Positions 27,471-43,527 of a stretch of DNA of 64,000 nt are shown here, piece by piece. Source of the DNA: the human T2T-CHM13v2.0 reference genome, Homo sapiens. A program made the position numbers and the translations under genes. Position 1 is the stretch's first letter. Each line of letters starts with the position of its first letter. The DNA lies in the NCBI RefSeq assembly GCF_009914755.1, contig NC_060938.1; one strand, 5' to 3'. The notes beneath the pieces were generated by a model. The model saw only the letters and a list, made by a program, of their open reading frames with translations. It was not told where the DNA came from and did no database searches.

Positions 27471-29279
27471 AGATATCTGTCTTACATTTCTTTAGACATT
27501 CAGGACCCAATTCTCTAGACAGTGATTTGCATATGTAAAGCCCTCCAAAAAAATGCAAGATGGGGACAAAAAGGAGGAGGAAAGGGTAGAGGAGGACAAG
27601 GAGGAGGAAGAAGAGGAAAATGGCAACAACAAAAAACAGTGCACAAAAAATAAGCTTCATCTTTTTCATATGCAAAGCACTACTAATCTTCACTCTGTTC
27701 CTGGGCTCTTTCATAAAACAGTAACAGACTCTTCATTTTCATTGTTATGTCATTTGTGCTTCTATAAGCAATAAGCCTTTGGTGGAAGGAGGATGAAATC
27801 ACATTTTTTGATGTATTTTTGTACCAATACAGACACATTCTTCCTCTCTGAAGATCTGAGAGCATTGACTCTAACAAAGTCAGGCCCACTGACTGATGTG
27901 GCAGGGCGTATATATTTATCTCTACCCAACATAAAAGTGAACAAGCTAAAGGCAATCAGCAGGGTGTCAATGCACGCAGAAAATTAATTAACTACCTTTA
28001 TGGAGACTGGAATCTTTGAAACTGGGGATCAGCTCCAAATTTGGGGGATCAGGTAGAATTGAGATCAAATTTATCTGTCTTTGAAAAAGTAAAAGCACCT
28101 CAAATTCCATAGCTAAACCAAATACTTGCATTGAGCAAATTACAAGAGTTTTGAGTACCACTGGAAAAACAACATTGTTATACTTATTTGGTATTTCTTT
28201 TATGTCTATCTTTGGAGATCTAAGAGCATGCGCTGCAGGTATTCAGACTAAATGTCTATCGACAATCTTGTTATTTCTGTATGCTCTCTGAAATCGACCC
28301 TAAGATCTGACAGAAAGCAGTTTTATATCAGAACCAGGTTTATGAATAAGGGATGACTGGTAAAGAAACTAACACTAATCACAGAGCAAAGAAAAAAAAA
28401 ACAGATGGGATGAAATAGGAATACGTTTCTCAAAAATAAAAATGAGAAAATGTCAAGGGGAAAGTTTCTTTCTTTTCCGTTGATACAGTGAAAAAACAAT
28501 TCTGAGTGATTCTGGGTGCTAAGGGAGAAGATTGTCTTCTCTATGGCCCCCTTTCACTTGTTGTCGCTCTGTTGTGTAACAGACAAAAGAAAAATCCTGA
28601 ATCAGGTGTGGTTAAGACCCCAAAGGAATCATGACTATAAAAATTCACAATCACAGAAACAACCTCCTACATTTCAGCTTGATTTGCAGAAAGAAACAGG
28701 CAACTTTAGGCAGAAGAGGAACTAGCTCCAAAATCTAAGCATTTTTGCAAAAGAAAGTTGTATCTCATTGTCTGCTTTAAATCTTGTACTAATTGCATAT
28801 TATCTTTTAAATATTGTGATTATTATTACTAGTTAATATTTAGTTATATTAATGTCTTATTTTGGTCTTCAGAAACATGTCTGCACATCAAAGGATTCAT
28901 CTTTCCCCAAGCTAACAGTGCTATTTAGAGCAGAAAACCAAAAGTCTTTTTGTTAGCCATGGTCTAAGAAAAACTCCATAGTCTTCTAAATTCAGGGAAC
29001 ATACTTTACTTCCTAATCCCCTCCAAACCAGATTCAATATTTACGACAAGTTAAGAAAATTACTCTGAAGTGCTTCGACTCACTTTTCTGCAGCAGAGAA
29101 AACTGATAAGCGTATGGATTTTATCTTTCTCTTTTTTGGTAAAAGTTACCTGAGAATATTTTGTGAGTGCAAACGTAGTGCTCAGCATAGTTTTGGTAGC
29201 TTAATGAGCTTTTTGGCATCTTTCATACCAGTAATACAAATTATGGTTATAGAAGACATGTGAACAATAAAGCTATTAG

Positions 29280-30430
29280 CTGCCTCAGAGTTCTGTCCTC
29301 ATTTTTTTTCTCCTTAGTCTCAGGGTAACATCGTCTAGTCACATGACTTGAACAGCCATAACTGTGAAGATGACACTGAAGCCTACAATTCAAACTCAAA
29401 TATCCTTCCAGAGTGCCAGACCCATAAATCTCCCTGCTGTTCAGGCATCTCCACTAGGGCTTCCTATGGGGCTCTTCAAACTTTGTATGCCCCAAACTGA
29501 ACTCATGATCATTGTCCTCAAATCTTCTTTCCTTCATCTTACATTCGTCATTTTATTAACCAACAGAACTATCTACCCTGTCATCTAAATCAAAAACATA
29601 GAATTGTCCTGGACTCAACCCCTTGTTTCACACACTATTCTAATGTATTAACAAATGTGTTCACTCTAATCTTAATGTGTCTGCAATCCACCCACTTCTG
29701 CTACCACTATCCTGCTGACAACCGTGGTCATGCTAACTTACTTACTGCTAGGACTTCCTCACTGGTTTCCCTACCTCCCCATTCTCCACAGAGCCACTAG
29801 GCCAAGCAGGAGTTTTTAATCATTTTGTGCCTTGGATCCCTATGGCAATCTGGTAAAAACTATGGACCTCTTCTTAGAATAAAGTTTTTGAATTAACACA
29901 ATAAAAACATGAAATTGCAAAAGAAACCAATTAGGACCCACCTCCCTTTGAGAGGTTTTTCTGAGGCACAAAGGTCATTTTCCTGGCACATGAGACACCA
30001 ACCACCACCATTTCACTATATGCCACCCTACCTTCTCCTTCCCCATATGAGTTCAACTACAGTAAAGTCATACTCAACGTCACCATACTACCTCATCTCT
30101 GACCCTTTGTACATGCTGGCCTCCCTGGTAGGAATAAACTATATCCCTTCTTTACCTGACTAGCTCTCACATTTTCCCTTCAGAATTCACTCAGCCCAGG
30201 TATCATCTCACTCACACAGCCTTCCCTAGGGCCCCACATTTGGGCAAATTCTCCTGCACAGGCTCCCACAGCACCCTGTCATTGCATCTTTTCACATCTT
30301 ATGATCAGTTTCCTCTGCTGGATATTTAACTCCTTGATGACAGGGCCCATTTCTTATTTAACTTTACATCCTTTGCAGAGTGCCAAGCACAGAGCATACC
30401 CTGAATATGTGTTTGCTGCATATATGCATG
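29280..30430 (+). mobile_element. L2 fragments with an embedded MER119-like piece (~29806-29932)
   Basis: L2 motif cccaaactgaactcatgatc. The hAT-like tttgtgccttggatccctatggcaatctggt...cttagaataa segment interrupts it. Confidence 0.6.
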
Positions 30431-30689
30431 AAGCAATGAAAGAACTCCCTATCTGATATGCTCAAAGAAAACCTTACACTCTACAGACATGACCTGGGAT
30501 GTCATGAGCTACACTCCCATTTCAAAAGTTGGAGAGAATGAATAGAAATATTTGGGATTTCTATATTTCTACAAGGGAAACATAAATTATCAGCTAAGTA
30601 TTTATAAGATCATAGCCAGAAATATCTATATTAAATCATTTTAGGGAAGAAAAATGTACCAACACCACCATCTTGGGAAGCAAAATTCA

Positions 30690-30818
<129 letters not shown>

Positions 30819-31059
30819 TTAAAAATAAGGAAAGAAAGTCTCAGTTTTTCATACAAATGAATAAGGAATCCAACATTCTTGCTAGCATTAAAAAGATCTC
30901 AGCAACCACATAACATCCAAAATGAATGCAAAGTATCAAACAAAAGTATTTTCTTTCCTTCTGTATAGACATGCTCATATATTTGAAGTGTGGCCATAAA
31001 ATAATGAGCAATTTTTATGTGTGACCTTTGTATTTTGCCCATATCTGTGTATAGTCCCT

Positions 31060-31480
31060 GTAGCCAATGCAACTAGCTATCCACAAAATTCTGTGCTCCT
31101 CCTTGCATTGTACAGCTTTCTTACTGGGAAATAGCTGTCCAATTAGGAACATACTTCCCAGAATTTCTTGCATCTCAGTATGGCCTATGTCCCTGGTTCT
31201 CACCAATGGAATGCAGACAGAAGTAATGTGTGTCACTTCCATGCCGTGATTTAAGAAACAACTGTGACTTCTCCACAATTTCTCTTTCTTTCTACCAGCT
31301 GGACAAGGCCCAAGGGGATAGCAAAGCTGCTGAATAACTGTGTGGGAAAATGCCATATGCCAGCCAGGATCGTTTGCCTTGGACTGTTACATGAGCAAGA
31401 AATGTGCTTCTATTGTATTAAGCCACTAAAAGTTGGGGATTTATTTGTTACAGCAGCTAGTCTTACCCTAATTATAATAG
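31060..31480 (+). mobile_element. MLT1J-like MaLR solo LTR
   Basis: ccaatggaatg...gaagtaatgtgtgtcacttcc...attaagccact...ggatttatttgttacagcagc. Confidence 0.75.
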
Positions 31481-32419
31481 TCCTTCAATGTGTTTGTGTG
31501 CAGATATAAGAGAATAAAACTGAATTTCAACAAATCTTACTTTTTATGGTTCATTTCACACACTTCCATCTTCCTTGTAACATAGCAAAATGTTATTTAT
31601 CTGTTATTAACAACTGCAGTGATACCTAAATTTATTTTTGGAATATCTAGAATTGTTAATAATGTCTTCTGAAAGAGCAGTGACTTTTGGGGGAAAGAAA
31701 TGCAATTTAATGGGAAAGAATTTTCTTCTGGGGCCTCAAATTGCCAGTAATAAAATCATTAATCTCAAGGAAATGTCAATAAGAAGTGAACAAATAGAAC
31801 AAAACCAGCCATACTCTCATCCTGTCTCAATTATCCTTTCCCTAGATATCTCAAAAGCTCCAATTCATTAAAAAATTTTATTAACACTATCTGATAACTT
31901 CTACACAATTACCCTTCATGAGGTCATTTATCAGGCAACTCCTTAAAACTGAAAAACTCCTGATGTTCCAAAGGAATGATGACAATGATGAAATTTCAGA
32001 TGATATGACAAAAAAAAAATTAAGGAAGAAATTCTGGAAATACACCTGCCTAATATCTGTCAAACCATAAAATGCAGGTGACATCATTCTTTACTACTAT
32101 TCTTCAGGCTGATTCTAATTTAATTTAAGCTTTGTATTGCCCCACCAATTCAGGTCTATGTATCAATAACTGGATTGGAAAAGAAATAAACTGGCATCAA
32201 TTGATGGAGAGTCTTTATTTCTTCTACATTATTGGACCCCATCCTAGTAATTAGAACAAAAAAAAAGTTAGGTTTTGGGAATTGTATGCAACCCTAAGGC
32301 TTACCCTGTACAATGTGCTGTGGAAACAAAAAAAAAGGGTATTAGATATGACACCAACTCTCTAAAAACTCAACATTAATGAAAAACCAACATGCAATCT
32401 CTATGACAAATTGAGACTT

Positions 32420-33400
32420 TTCTTTTGAATGCCAGACCTATGTGTCTAGCTAGCCACTGGACTTTTCTTACTACAGTATTCTACAGGCATCTGACAACAC
32501 TCAACATGTCCAAAACTGACACCATCTTCCCCCTTTATCACCCACTCTGCCTCACTCATGCATCCCTGATCTTGTCAAATGGCCCCAAGATATTTCTAAT
32601 GCCCAAATGAGAAACATGAAATTCGCCATCCTCTTTTCACTATTACCTACACACACACACATACACACACACACACTTATTTCCTAGCCTTATAGATTAT
32701 AACATCAATAAATATCTCTCAAATTGAATCTCCTCTCTGCACCCCTACTATGTCAGACAACACAACGTCTTTCACCCGAGTTAGGCAGCATTCCAAAACC
32801 ACATCCTCATTGCTTGCAAAGTTCTTTCTAAAACACATGCCTTTTACCCTATTACCCTTTAACAGAAACCTGAAGGCCTCCAGGATAACACTGTATATCC
32901 TTGGTATACAGGTCATTTATTTTCTGATCCAAGTGATTTGCTCTGCCTCTGTCTCTTGCCACTTTCTCACACATGCTCTGCATCCCAGCCTTATTAAAAT
33001 CAATAGCAAATCAAATAAAGAATAAATTCAAAACTAAAATTAAATCTACTAGGAATTCTTTGCACACCCTACGCTGTTTTGTGTTTCCGTATTTTCACAT
33101 GTTACAATCATTCTGCCTTCCTGGAATGTCTTTTCCCTCCCCCATCTTTCTGGCTAACACTTACTGGTAACTGCAGACTCAGTAAAAGCATTACCTGGAT
33201 GCTTCTTTGATCCACCCACAAGTGAGAGGTGCCCTCCTCTGTACACGCACATCATGGGATGCATACCTCACCTGGCACTAACAACACTGATGTAATTGTT
33301 GATTGATATAATAGCCACTCTTGCTAAACTCTTGTTTATCCCTCCATTCTTAGCACTTGAAACAAGGCCTGGCATAAAATACACCATAAAATAAATCAAT
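32420..33400 (+). mobile_element. L2 fragments
   Basis: ctcaacatgtccaaaactga, ctgccttcctggaatgtc, ggcctggcata; internal (CA)n at ~32649-32676. Confidence 0.6.
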
Positions 33401-34343
33401 TGTATTTGTAACTTTAAAAATCAGATATAAAATAAATCTCATTTTGTTTTATTATCATTGGTTTTTGGTTTGGTTTTGCTTTGTTTGGTAAAAGTGGTGA
33501 GGGCGTCTTTGGATGACAGTAACTATATTAGTCATAGGTATATTATAATTTTACCTGGTGATAATCTGTGCACCTTACATCAATAGAATGTTATAATTGC
33601 CTTGACTATTTCTAGAAAATTCCAAGTCAATCTTTTACTTACTGAAGGCTCAGATTTCTAAAACAGGTAAAATTACAGCCCTTGGTATAACTCATTGGAT
33701 TAAAAGAAAAGCCCACTTTCGTTCCCTGTGTGAAAAAAAGGTTTATCCAGAAAACATTTTGAAAAAAAAAGGAGACATTTAGGAATAAATTAAATGATCC
33801 ATAAACAAATACAAATCATCAAATGGCATGTTTTCTCTGATTTCACAGTATCATACATGAAAATAAGTGTGAGAAAGGAGAAATATGACAATGAAAGCTT
33901 ATTGTCATCCTCTGGCTTTCCATTTGAAGCATCATGAGCACAGACTACAACTGTGTTTCTTAAGGAGGAAGCAGTTGTTCCTAATACAAAAAAAGCTTGT
34001 TCAAATGTCTGTGTATGTGTGTACCTTAATTTACACATGAAGTCAGTGTGATCAAGGAATATTTCATCTCTTTTCTTTACCTTATTTTACTTTCTTGAAG
34101 AAAAAAAATCATTTTTAAACAGTAAAAATAAAACACATGCATTTTTCTCCATGAATAAAAATAGGACTATCATTGATTTGAAAAACAGAAAGAAAATGAA
34201 AGAGAAAGGTAATATTAACCCATCATTCTAAAAATGTTTTAAATCAGCATATTCTGAGTAAGACTACCCTTGAACATAGATGAAAAGGGAAGTGACTGCA
34301 TCGTGCGACTTTTAGTTGCCAGATCTTATATTTTCTATCCTTG

Positions 34344-34719
34344 TGTATTAGTCCGTTCTCATGCTGCTATAAAGAACTGCCTGAGACTGGGTAACATATG
34401 AAGGAAAGAGGTTTAATTGACTCACAGTTACACATGGCTGGAGAGGCCTTGGGAAAGATACAATCATGGCAGAAGGGAAAGCAAACACATCCTTCTTCAC
34501 ATGGTGGCAGGAAGGAGAAGTGCCGAGCCAAGAGGGGAAAATCCCCTTATAAAACCATCAGATCTCAGAGAATTTACTCACTATAATGAGAACAGCATGG
34601 GGGGATCACCCCCATGATCTAATCACCTCCCATGAGGTCCCTCCCCCAATGTGGGGATTACAATTCAAATTAAAATTCAAGATGAGATTTGGGTGGGGAC
34701 ACAGAGCCAGACCATATTA
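34344..34719 (-). mobile_element. THE1C/D solo LTR (sense to KCNH5)
   Basis: tgtattagtccgttctc...gagatttgggtggggacacagagccagaccatatta, with 5-bp TSD ccttg on both sides. Confidence 0.93.
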
Positions 34720-35464
34720 CCTTGGTTGACTAACACATAGTGGGCACTAGATCTGTTTTTGTGGAATGTTTTACTGAATGGTTTTGTTTAGTGAATGAAT
34801 TAATGATGATTAATGAGGAAATAAATAGGAGTACAGCATCTGCATTATATGTAAATATTTAAAATTTAAAGAAGAAAATACATTCAGTTCTTAGGTATTA
34901 GCATAGCTTATATGAAGGAAGTCTTTTGGTTGAAGAAGGTAGGAAAGGCATGGTAGGGAAGGTTAGAGAAGGAATTCTGGAAGTGTTAAGGATTATAATC
35001 TGCTTTCAGAAAGAGAACTGGGGAACTGCTGGCAGAAAAAAGAAAAAAAAGTGGTGGCAAATGTTGAACTGACTCAGACGGACCAGAAGAGAGAAATTTA
35101 GGAGAAAAGACTTGGAAAGGATTCTTTCTTCCTAGATAAATCAAAGCCAAAGGCGGTTGTAAAATTGAGTAATCGTTTATGAGTTTTGCTATCAAAATGC
35201 CCTAGAACATGGAGAATCAATGCAAAGCAAATGAATGTTTTGGTACACATTAAAATCAATGGGAGCATTCAGAGATGAGCTTTCTGAGCTACTCAGTAAT
35301 CTTTTTATTTGACTCTGATTAGGGCCTTCTTGCAGTTCCAGTTCCAAAGAGTTAGCATTTTTCTCACAACACCTATGCTGTCCTTCTCTCCTTACTGTCA
35401 GCACAAACCCCTGCCAAAAATGTTATTGAAAAAAGCAGAAGCCATAAGAAACATGATAGTCTTC

Positions 35465-37044
35465 TTTTTAATTTATATAAAGTTATGAGGTACAAGTGCA
35501 ATTTCTTTACATGTATCAATTGTATAATGGTCAGGGCTTTTAGGGTAACTGTGACCTGAATAACATATATTGTACTCATTAAGAATTTCTCATCATCCAC
35601 CCTCTCCCACGCCTTCACCCTCCCAAGTCTCCAATGTCTATCATTCCACTCTCTACATCCATGTGTACACATTTTTTTAACACCCACTTATGAGTGAGAT
35701 TATTTGATATTTGTCTTTCTGTGTCTGGGTTGGTTCACTTAAGATAACGGATTCCAATTCCATCCATGTTGCTGCAGAAGACATGATTTCATTCTTTTTT
35801 ATGGCTGAGTAGCATCCCATTGTGTATATATGCCACATGTTCTTTATCCAGTCATCCACTGATGGATAATTAGATTGATTCTATCTTTGCAATTGTGAAT
35901 AGTGCTGCAATAAACATATGAGTGCAGGTATCTTTTTTGTGTAAAGATTTATTTTCTTTTGGTACATATCCAGTAGCAGGACTGCCAGATCAAATGGTAG
36001 TTCTATTTTTAGTTGTTTGAGAAATCTCCATATTGTTTTCCATTGAGGTTGTACTAACCTACATTCCCACCAACAGTGTACAAGAGTTCCCTTTTCTCCA
36101 CATCCTTACCAACATCTGCTATTTTTTGTCTTTTTAATGGCCATTCTGATTGTTGTGAGATGGTATCTCATTGTAGTTTTAATTTGCATTTCTCTGATGA
36201 TTAGTGATGTCAAGTATTTTTTCATATACTGTTGGCCATTTGTATGTATTCTTTTGAAAAATATCTATTCATGTCCTTTGCCCACTTTTTAATGGAGTTA
36301 TTTTGTTGTTGTTGAATTGGGTGCCTTATAAATTCTAGATATTAGTCCTCTGTTGAATAAATAGTTTGCAGATACTTTCTTCCCTTCTTCAGGTCATCTG
36401 TTCACTCTGTTGGTTCTTTCTTTTGCTGTATAGAAGCTTTTAGTTTAATTAAGTTCCATATGTCTGTTTTCATTTTTGTTGCCTCAGCTTTTGAGGTCTT
36501 TGTCATGAATTCTTTGCCTACACCAATGTCCAGAAGAGTTTTTCCTAGATTTTCTCCTAGTATTTTTATAACTTCAAGTCTTATGTTTAAGCTAATCCAT
36601 CTTGAGTTGATTTTTGTATATGACAAGAGATAGGGGGGTCCTGTTTCATTCTTCTGCATATGGCAATCCAATTATCCCAGCACCAGTTATTGAAAAAGGT
36701 CTCCTTTCCCCAATATATGTTCTTATTGGCTTTGTCAAAGATCAGTTGTCTGTAAATATGTGGCTTTATTTCTGGACTATCTATTCTGTTCTATTAATCA
36801 ATGTGTCTATTTCTTATACCAGTACTGTGCTGTTTGGGTTAACATAGCTTTGTAATATAACTTGAAGTCAGGTAATGTGATGTCTTCAGCTTTATTCTTT
36901 TTGCTTAAGACTACTTTGGCTATTTGGGGTTTTTTTAGTTCCATATGAATTTTAGAATTATTTTTCTAATTCTGTAAAAAATGACATTGGTATTTTGATA
37001 AGAATGGCATTGAATCTGTAGATTGCTTTGGACAAAATGGTCAT
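35465..37044 (-). mobile_element. 5'-truncated L1PB4-like LINE-1
   Basis: ORF2 C-terminal peptides ([31 protein letters not shown]). Diverged TSD agaaacatgatagtcttc / agaaatgtgacagccttc. Confidence 0.88.
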
Positions 37045-40000
37045 AGAAATGTGACAGCCTTCAGTTCCCCTTCTCTCCCATCCACCTCCAGACTAAACCA
37101 CTATGGCACCTGGTTCTTACCTGCACCCCTATCATCTCAGAGAATTGATCATTTGCTCCTTCCTGATCACACATACGTTTCAATCATGTACTTTGAAGTA
37201 GATTCTAAATTTTTGCTATCACTAACAATGTCTTATACCAATCCCTTTGTGTTCCTGAACACATCTGGAATTACCTATTATTACCTATATTAGTTCATTT
37301 GATCTCCCACCAACTTGTACTGTATAAACTTTGAAAAAGTTGAGCTGCCATACTGTCTAGGTCAGAGAAAAAAGACGTATCAGCAGTTCTAACTTTTCCA
37401 AGTGATACATTTACTGATCTCACCTTTACAGAGATCTAACTGGTGTGACTGATTATTCAGCAAAGTTTGCTAATGTTACTTAGATGTGGTCGATACAGGG
37501 TAATGCAAACAGAGAGCTGAATATGAAGAGCCTAATACTTGCTCTGTAAGTTGTTCATGGCATTATGAGAATATTTGTTCTCCTAAAAGCTCAGGATGCC
37601 AGCTCCTTCTTAATAAAATATTAGTTTAGCTCTATTGGGTTGCAATTAACCTCTTTGTCATGGACTGCCTAATCTTAAAAATAAAAAGAAGTCACAGAGG
37701 CAGTTAAATCAATCTACTAGACTGCAACACAAGATTCTAATCTATAAGTAAAAAGCTTAGGTAAACAATTATGCTCTTGGCCAAAGAGACTACATTACAT
37801 AGTATAATTACTCATATTTCATCTGTTGTTTCCTCTCTAAAGAAAACCATTGGCTTCCACAAGGAGAAGCTTGCTATTTTGGCTGTTATTTTTTATTCTA
37901 TGGGAATTTTTTTGTCACAATTATTGGCAAGAAAATGCCATAACTATTTGGCACAAGATATTTCACACTGTAATTATCTTGGCAGTTTTGGAGTCTGTTT
38001 GAAAATACTGTACAGTATAAATGGGCAGAGATTTAGGCCATCTCTTTTAGAACACATATGGATAACTGACAGAATGGATTTCTTGGCTGTAATTTTCCTC
38101 TTTGTATTATTATAATGTATCAGGTACCACTGACTGATTACCTGAACAACACTATCAAGACCTCAATACCAGGAACAAAAAATAACGGGAACACTTTGCC
38201 CCCTTAAATTATTATCAGTTAGTTTATTTGGTTCAAAGCAGCATAATTCTCTCCAAATGAAAGTATTCTCAACCTGTGCTTCATTTTTGTGGGGAAAAAA
38301 GAAAGCAAGGGATTGAGGTAGTTAAACCTCAACAATAAGTCTCCACTGAGAAGGACGGGGTAGCATGGGTGCAATAGAGAGAACATGGGATTTGAAATCA
38401 GTCAGACGTTGAGCGTCAGAATCTTCAACAGTAAAATGGAGACAACAATACTAATTTTCAGAATTATAGAAATGACCAATAATGAATATAAAATTCTTGG
38501 CATACATTAACTACTCCATCAACACTGGCTTCCTTCCCTTTCGATGGGTTTTGCAACCATCCATCATGGTATAATTCAAAGATAGTGTTGACATTACCCA
38601 GTGCCAGTAAGATCAAATATCAATTCAGAATAAAAGTTTGGTAATCATAGATTGATTACAAGGAAGAGGTACGTTCAAATTAGTTGGCTGCCATCACATG
38701 TTGTAGTTATTTTCCCAGATATGAATCAGAAATAAAATTCAGAGTGAGTCCATTTATTTAAGTCTTTCAATCATATGTCTAAGTTTCTTGGTAAAAATAT
38801 CGATACAAGTAGGAGATTAATGTTAATTCCAGTCAATTTTGGCAAATCCTCAAAGGACTTGGACCCTTGTTCCAATCATCAGGCCCCTTTTCATGTTAAG
38901 AAGGTAAAAAGTCCTTGCTCTGGGATTACATTCTGATTTTGCCGGTGTATAGATTCACTTGTCTGTCCTGAATGCTAAAACACTATTTCTTGTATGCTGG
39001 CAGAATTTTTATCAATGAAGTATTTCTTCAAAATTTTGCAAACACCCTTGTAAACATCCTCAACTCCCAGATCTTTGAAGTCCCTGAGTCTTCTCTTATT
39101 CACTTGACCAAATTTCAACATTGGATAAACACAACTTTTCACTTACTTCTGCATCTATACCTCTTTGACTAAATATGAGTGGATTAAAACACAATATTAT
39201 GCTCATAGATAACTAGTGAAATTTATGACCACTAGCCTGAAATGGACCTTTGTGCAGCTCAGAAATCCTGCTGTGTTTCTCTTGTCCACTCACTATTCCA
39301 CTCTCTTAGATAACTAGTTCAGACGCACTCCACTCTTCTCACACCCTTCACCATCTTTACTCTCAGTTGATAACTGTGATTCCTGTTTTTACTGAGACAA
39401 CGGGAGCAATCAAAAGAAAGCTTCCACTATATATTTACTAGTTTGCCTCCCCCACTAGAATGTGACAGAAGAGACTTTGTATCTCCAGGACTTAGAATCA
39501 TGCCTGTACCATATTCCCAATTTTTGGTTGGGAAAAAAAAAATAGATAAATGTAAGACAAGGAGGATAAAATATTCCTGTAAGAGTCCTGAACAGGCTCA
39601 GGTTAAGTAACTCTGGTGCCCAAAACTGAATCAACAGCAAGTCTACTCTACCCAAGTTCAATGATCTACACCCAAATTATTTTGATATTATGGTGTTATC
39701 ATGTCATCGCACCCATTATTTCCCAAAAGTTCCATGGTTCCTTTACTTGATTTAAAAAGTAGAAAGATAGGTGCTTATGCCAATATTTTAAAATGTACTT
39801 TCCTACACTGCTAGCTTCAAGATATAGGATGCTGACTTAATGGCATAAATATTTTATTTCTATTGAATTTTTCATGTTAAATGTACAGTTCACATGAATA
39901 ATAGAAAGTAGCTCCTACACACCATTCATAGTTACATTTTACAATACTTTTTCAATAATCTGCTATGTGTTTGGAAGATACAGAGAAGTCTCAAAAGTCT

Positions 40001-40661
40001 ATTTAAAATAAGCTCATCTACAGATTCTGGCACTGGAAAGAGACCTTTTTCTCTAATGCTTTTCACAATGGGGTCTGATTTTCCCTATAAATTCTAATTT
40101 ACATGTCTATCAAACTCATAGTTAAAAAATCAAGTGGTCTGAGTTGTCTCGAGCTTTTTCAAATATCATTTTGTATAAAAATGAATTATTCATTTCAAAG
40201 AGACTGAGCCTTACAAAGAATTCTGTGATTCTGATGTGGAGATGCAGATAAATGGAGAAGCATTAATTTCAGAAAGAAAAGTCAACACTTCAACATCAGC
40301 ACCCTTTCCCCAACTTCACTGCAAAATGTTGCCGACTTTGAGTTTCCATAAATAGATATGTAGTTACTGACACCACCACTTAGGTTCAGCCGGTCAAAAC
40401 TGCTGCGAAAGTACTGTACTTTCTTTGGCCAACTTCATCTGTGCCATGAAATCACTTAAAGTAAGTAAGAGAAAACAATAATCATGTAGTGCAAATACAA
40501 ATACATACTTTTTTGAGAGGAAAAGACTATGATCAAAGCTTTTTACTCAGTCTGATTATCATTCGTGTATGAAAATGTTAGGTCACAAATCAGATGCCAA
40601 TTATTTCTCTTTTGTTTAAAAATATATAACTTTAAGATATAGACCATTGTTAGCTGTAGAA

Positions 40662-40966
40662 TTTTTTCATTTTTAATTTTTGTGGGTACATAGTAGCTGT
40701 ATATATTTATAGGTATATGAGATGTTTTGATACAGGCACGCAATGCGTTAATAGTCACATCATGGAGAATGAGATATCCATCCTCTCAAGCATTTATCCT
40801 TTGCGTTAAAAACAATCCAATTAAACTCTTTTAGTTATGTAAAAATGAAAACAATTGACAACAGGGACATAGAGAGTAGAAGGATGGTTACAAGAGGCTG
40901 GGAAGGGTAGTTGGGGAGTAAGATGGGGAGATGGTTAATGGGTATAAGAAAAAAATAGTTAGAATA
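40662..40966 (-). mobile_element. short L1MA (MA1/2-like) 3' end with inverted 5' part
   Basis: 40662-40845 is an L1MA 3' terminus on minus. 40846-40966 is the adjacent upstream 3' UTR on plus (gagagtagaaggatggttac...ggttaatgggta). Confidence 0.75.
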
Positions 40967-40969
40967 TTA

Positions 40970-42575
<1,606 letters not shown>

Positions 42576-42611
42576 TTTAAAACAAGCAAATGAGCATTAA
42601 ACCTAAATATT

Positions 42612-43527
42612 GCTGCAATAAACATACGTGTGCATGTGTCTTTACAGCAGCATGATTTATAGTCCTTTGGGTATATACCCTGTAATGGGATGGCTGGGTC
42701 AAATGGTATTTCTAGTTCTAGATCCCGGAGGAATCGCCACACTGACTTCCACAATGGTTGAACTAGTTTACAGTCCCACCAACAGTGTAAAAGTGTTCCT
42801 ATTTCTCCACATCCTCTCCAGCACCTGTTGTTTCCTGACTTTTTAATGATTGCCATTCTAACTGGTGCGAGATGGTATCTCATTGTGGTTTTGATTTGCA
42901 TTTCTCTGATGGCCAATGATGATGAGCATGTTTTCATGTGTCTTTTGGCTGCATAAATGTCTTCTTTTGAGAAGTGTCTGTTCATATCCTTCGCCCACTT
43001 TTTGATGGGGTTGTTTGTTTTTTTCTTGTAAATTTGTTTGAGTTCATTGTAGATTCTGGACTATTCACAATAGCAAAGACTTGGAACCAACCCAAATGCC
43101 CAACAATGATAGACTGGATTAAGAGAATGTGGCACATACACACCATGGAATACTATGCAGCCATAAAAAATGATGAGTTTATGTCCTTTGTAGGGACATA
43201 GGTGAAATTGGAAATCATCATTCTCAGTAAACTATCGCAAGGACAAAAAACCAAACACCGCATGTTCTCACTCATAGATGGGAATTGAACAATGAGAACA
43301 CATGGACACAGGAAGGGGAACATCACACTCTGGGGACTGTTGTGGGGTGGGGGGAGGGGGGAGGGATAGCATTAGGAGATATACCTAATGCTAAATGACG
43401 AGTTAATGGGTGCAGCACACCAGAATGGCACATGTATACATATGTAACTAACCTGCACATTGTGCACATGTACCCTAAAACTTAAAGTATAATAATAATA
43501 AAAAAAAAAGGGAAAAGAAAAAAAAAA
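42612..43527 (+). mobile_element. L1PA3-like insertion with 5' inversion (twin priming)
   Basis: 42612-43060 is ORF2 on minus (ORF 42497..42985 [14 protein letters not shown]...). 43061-43527 is the ORF2 end, 3' UTR and poly-A on plus. TSD cctaaatatt. Confidence 0.93.
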
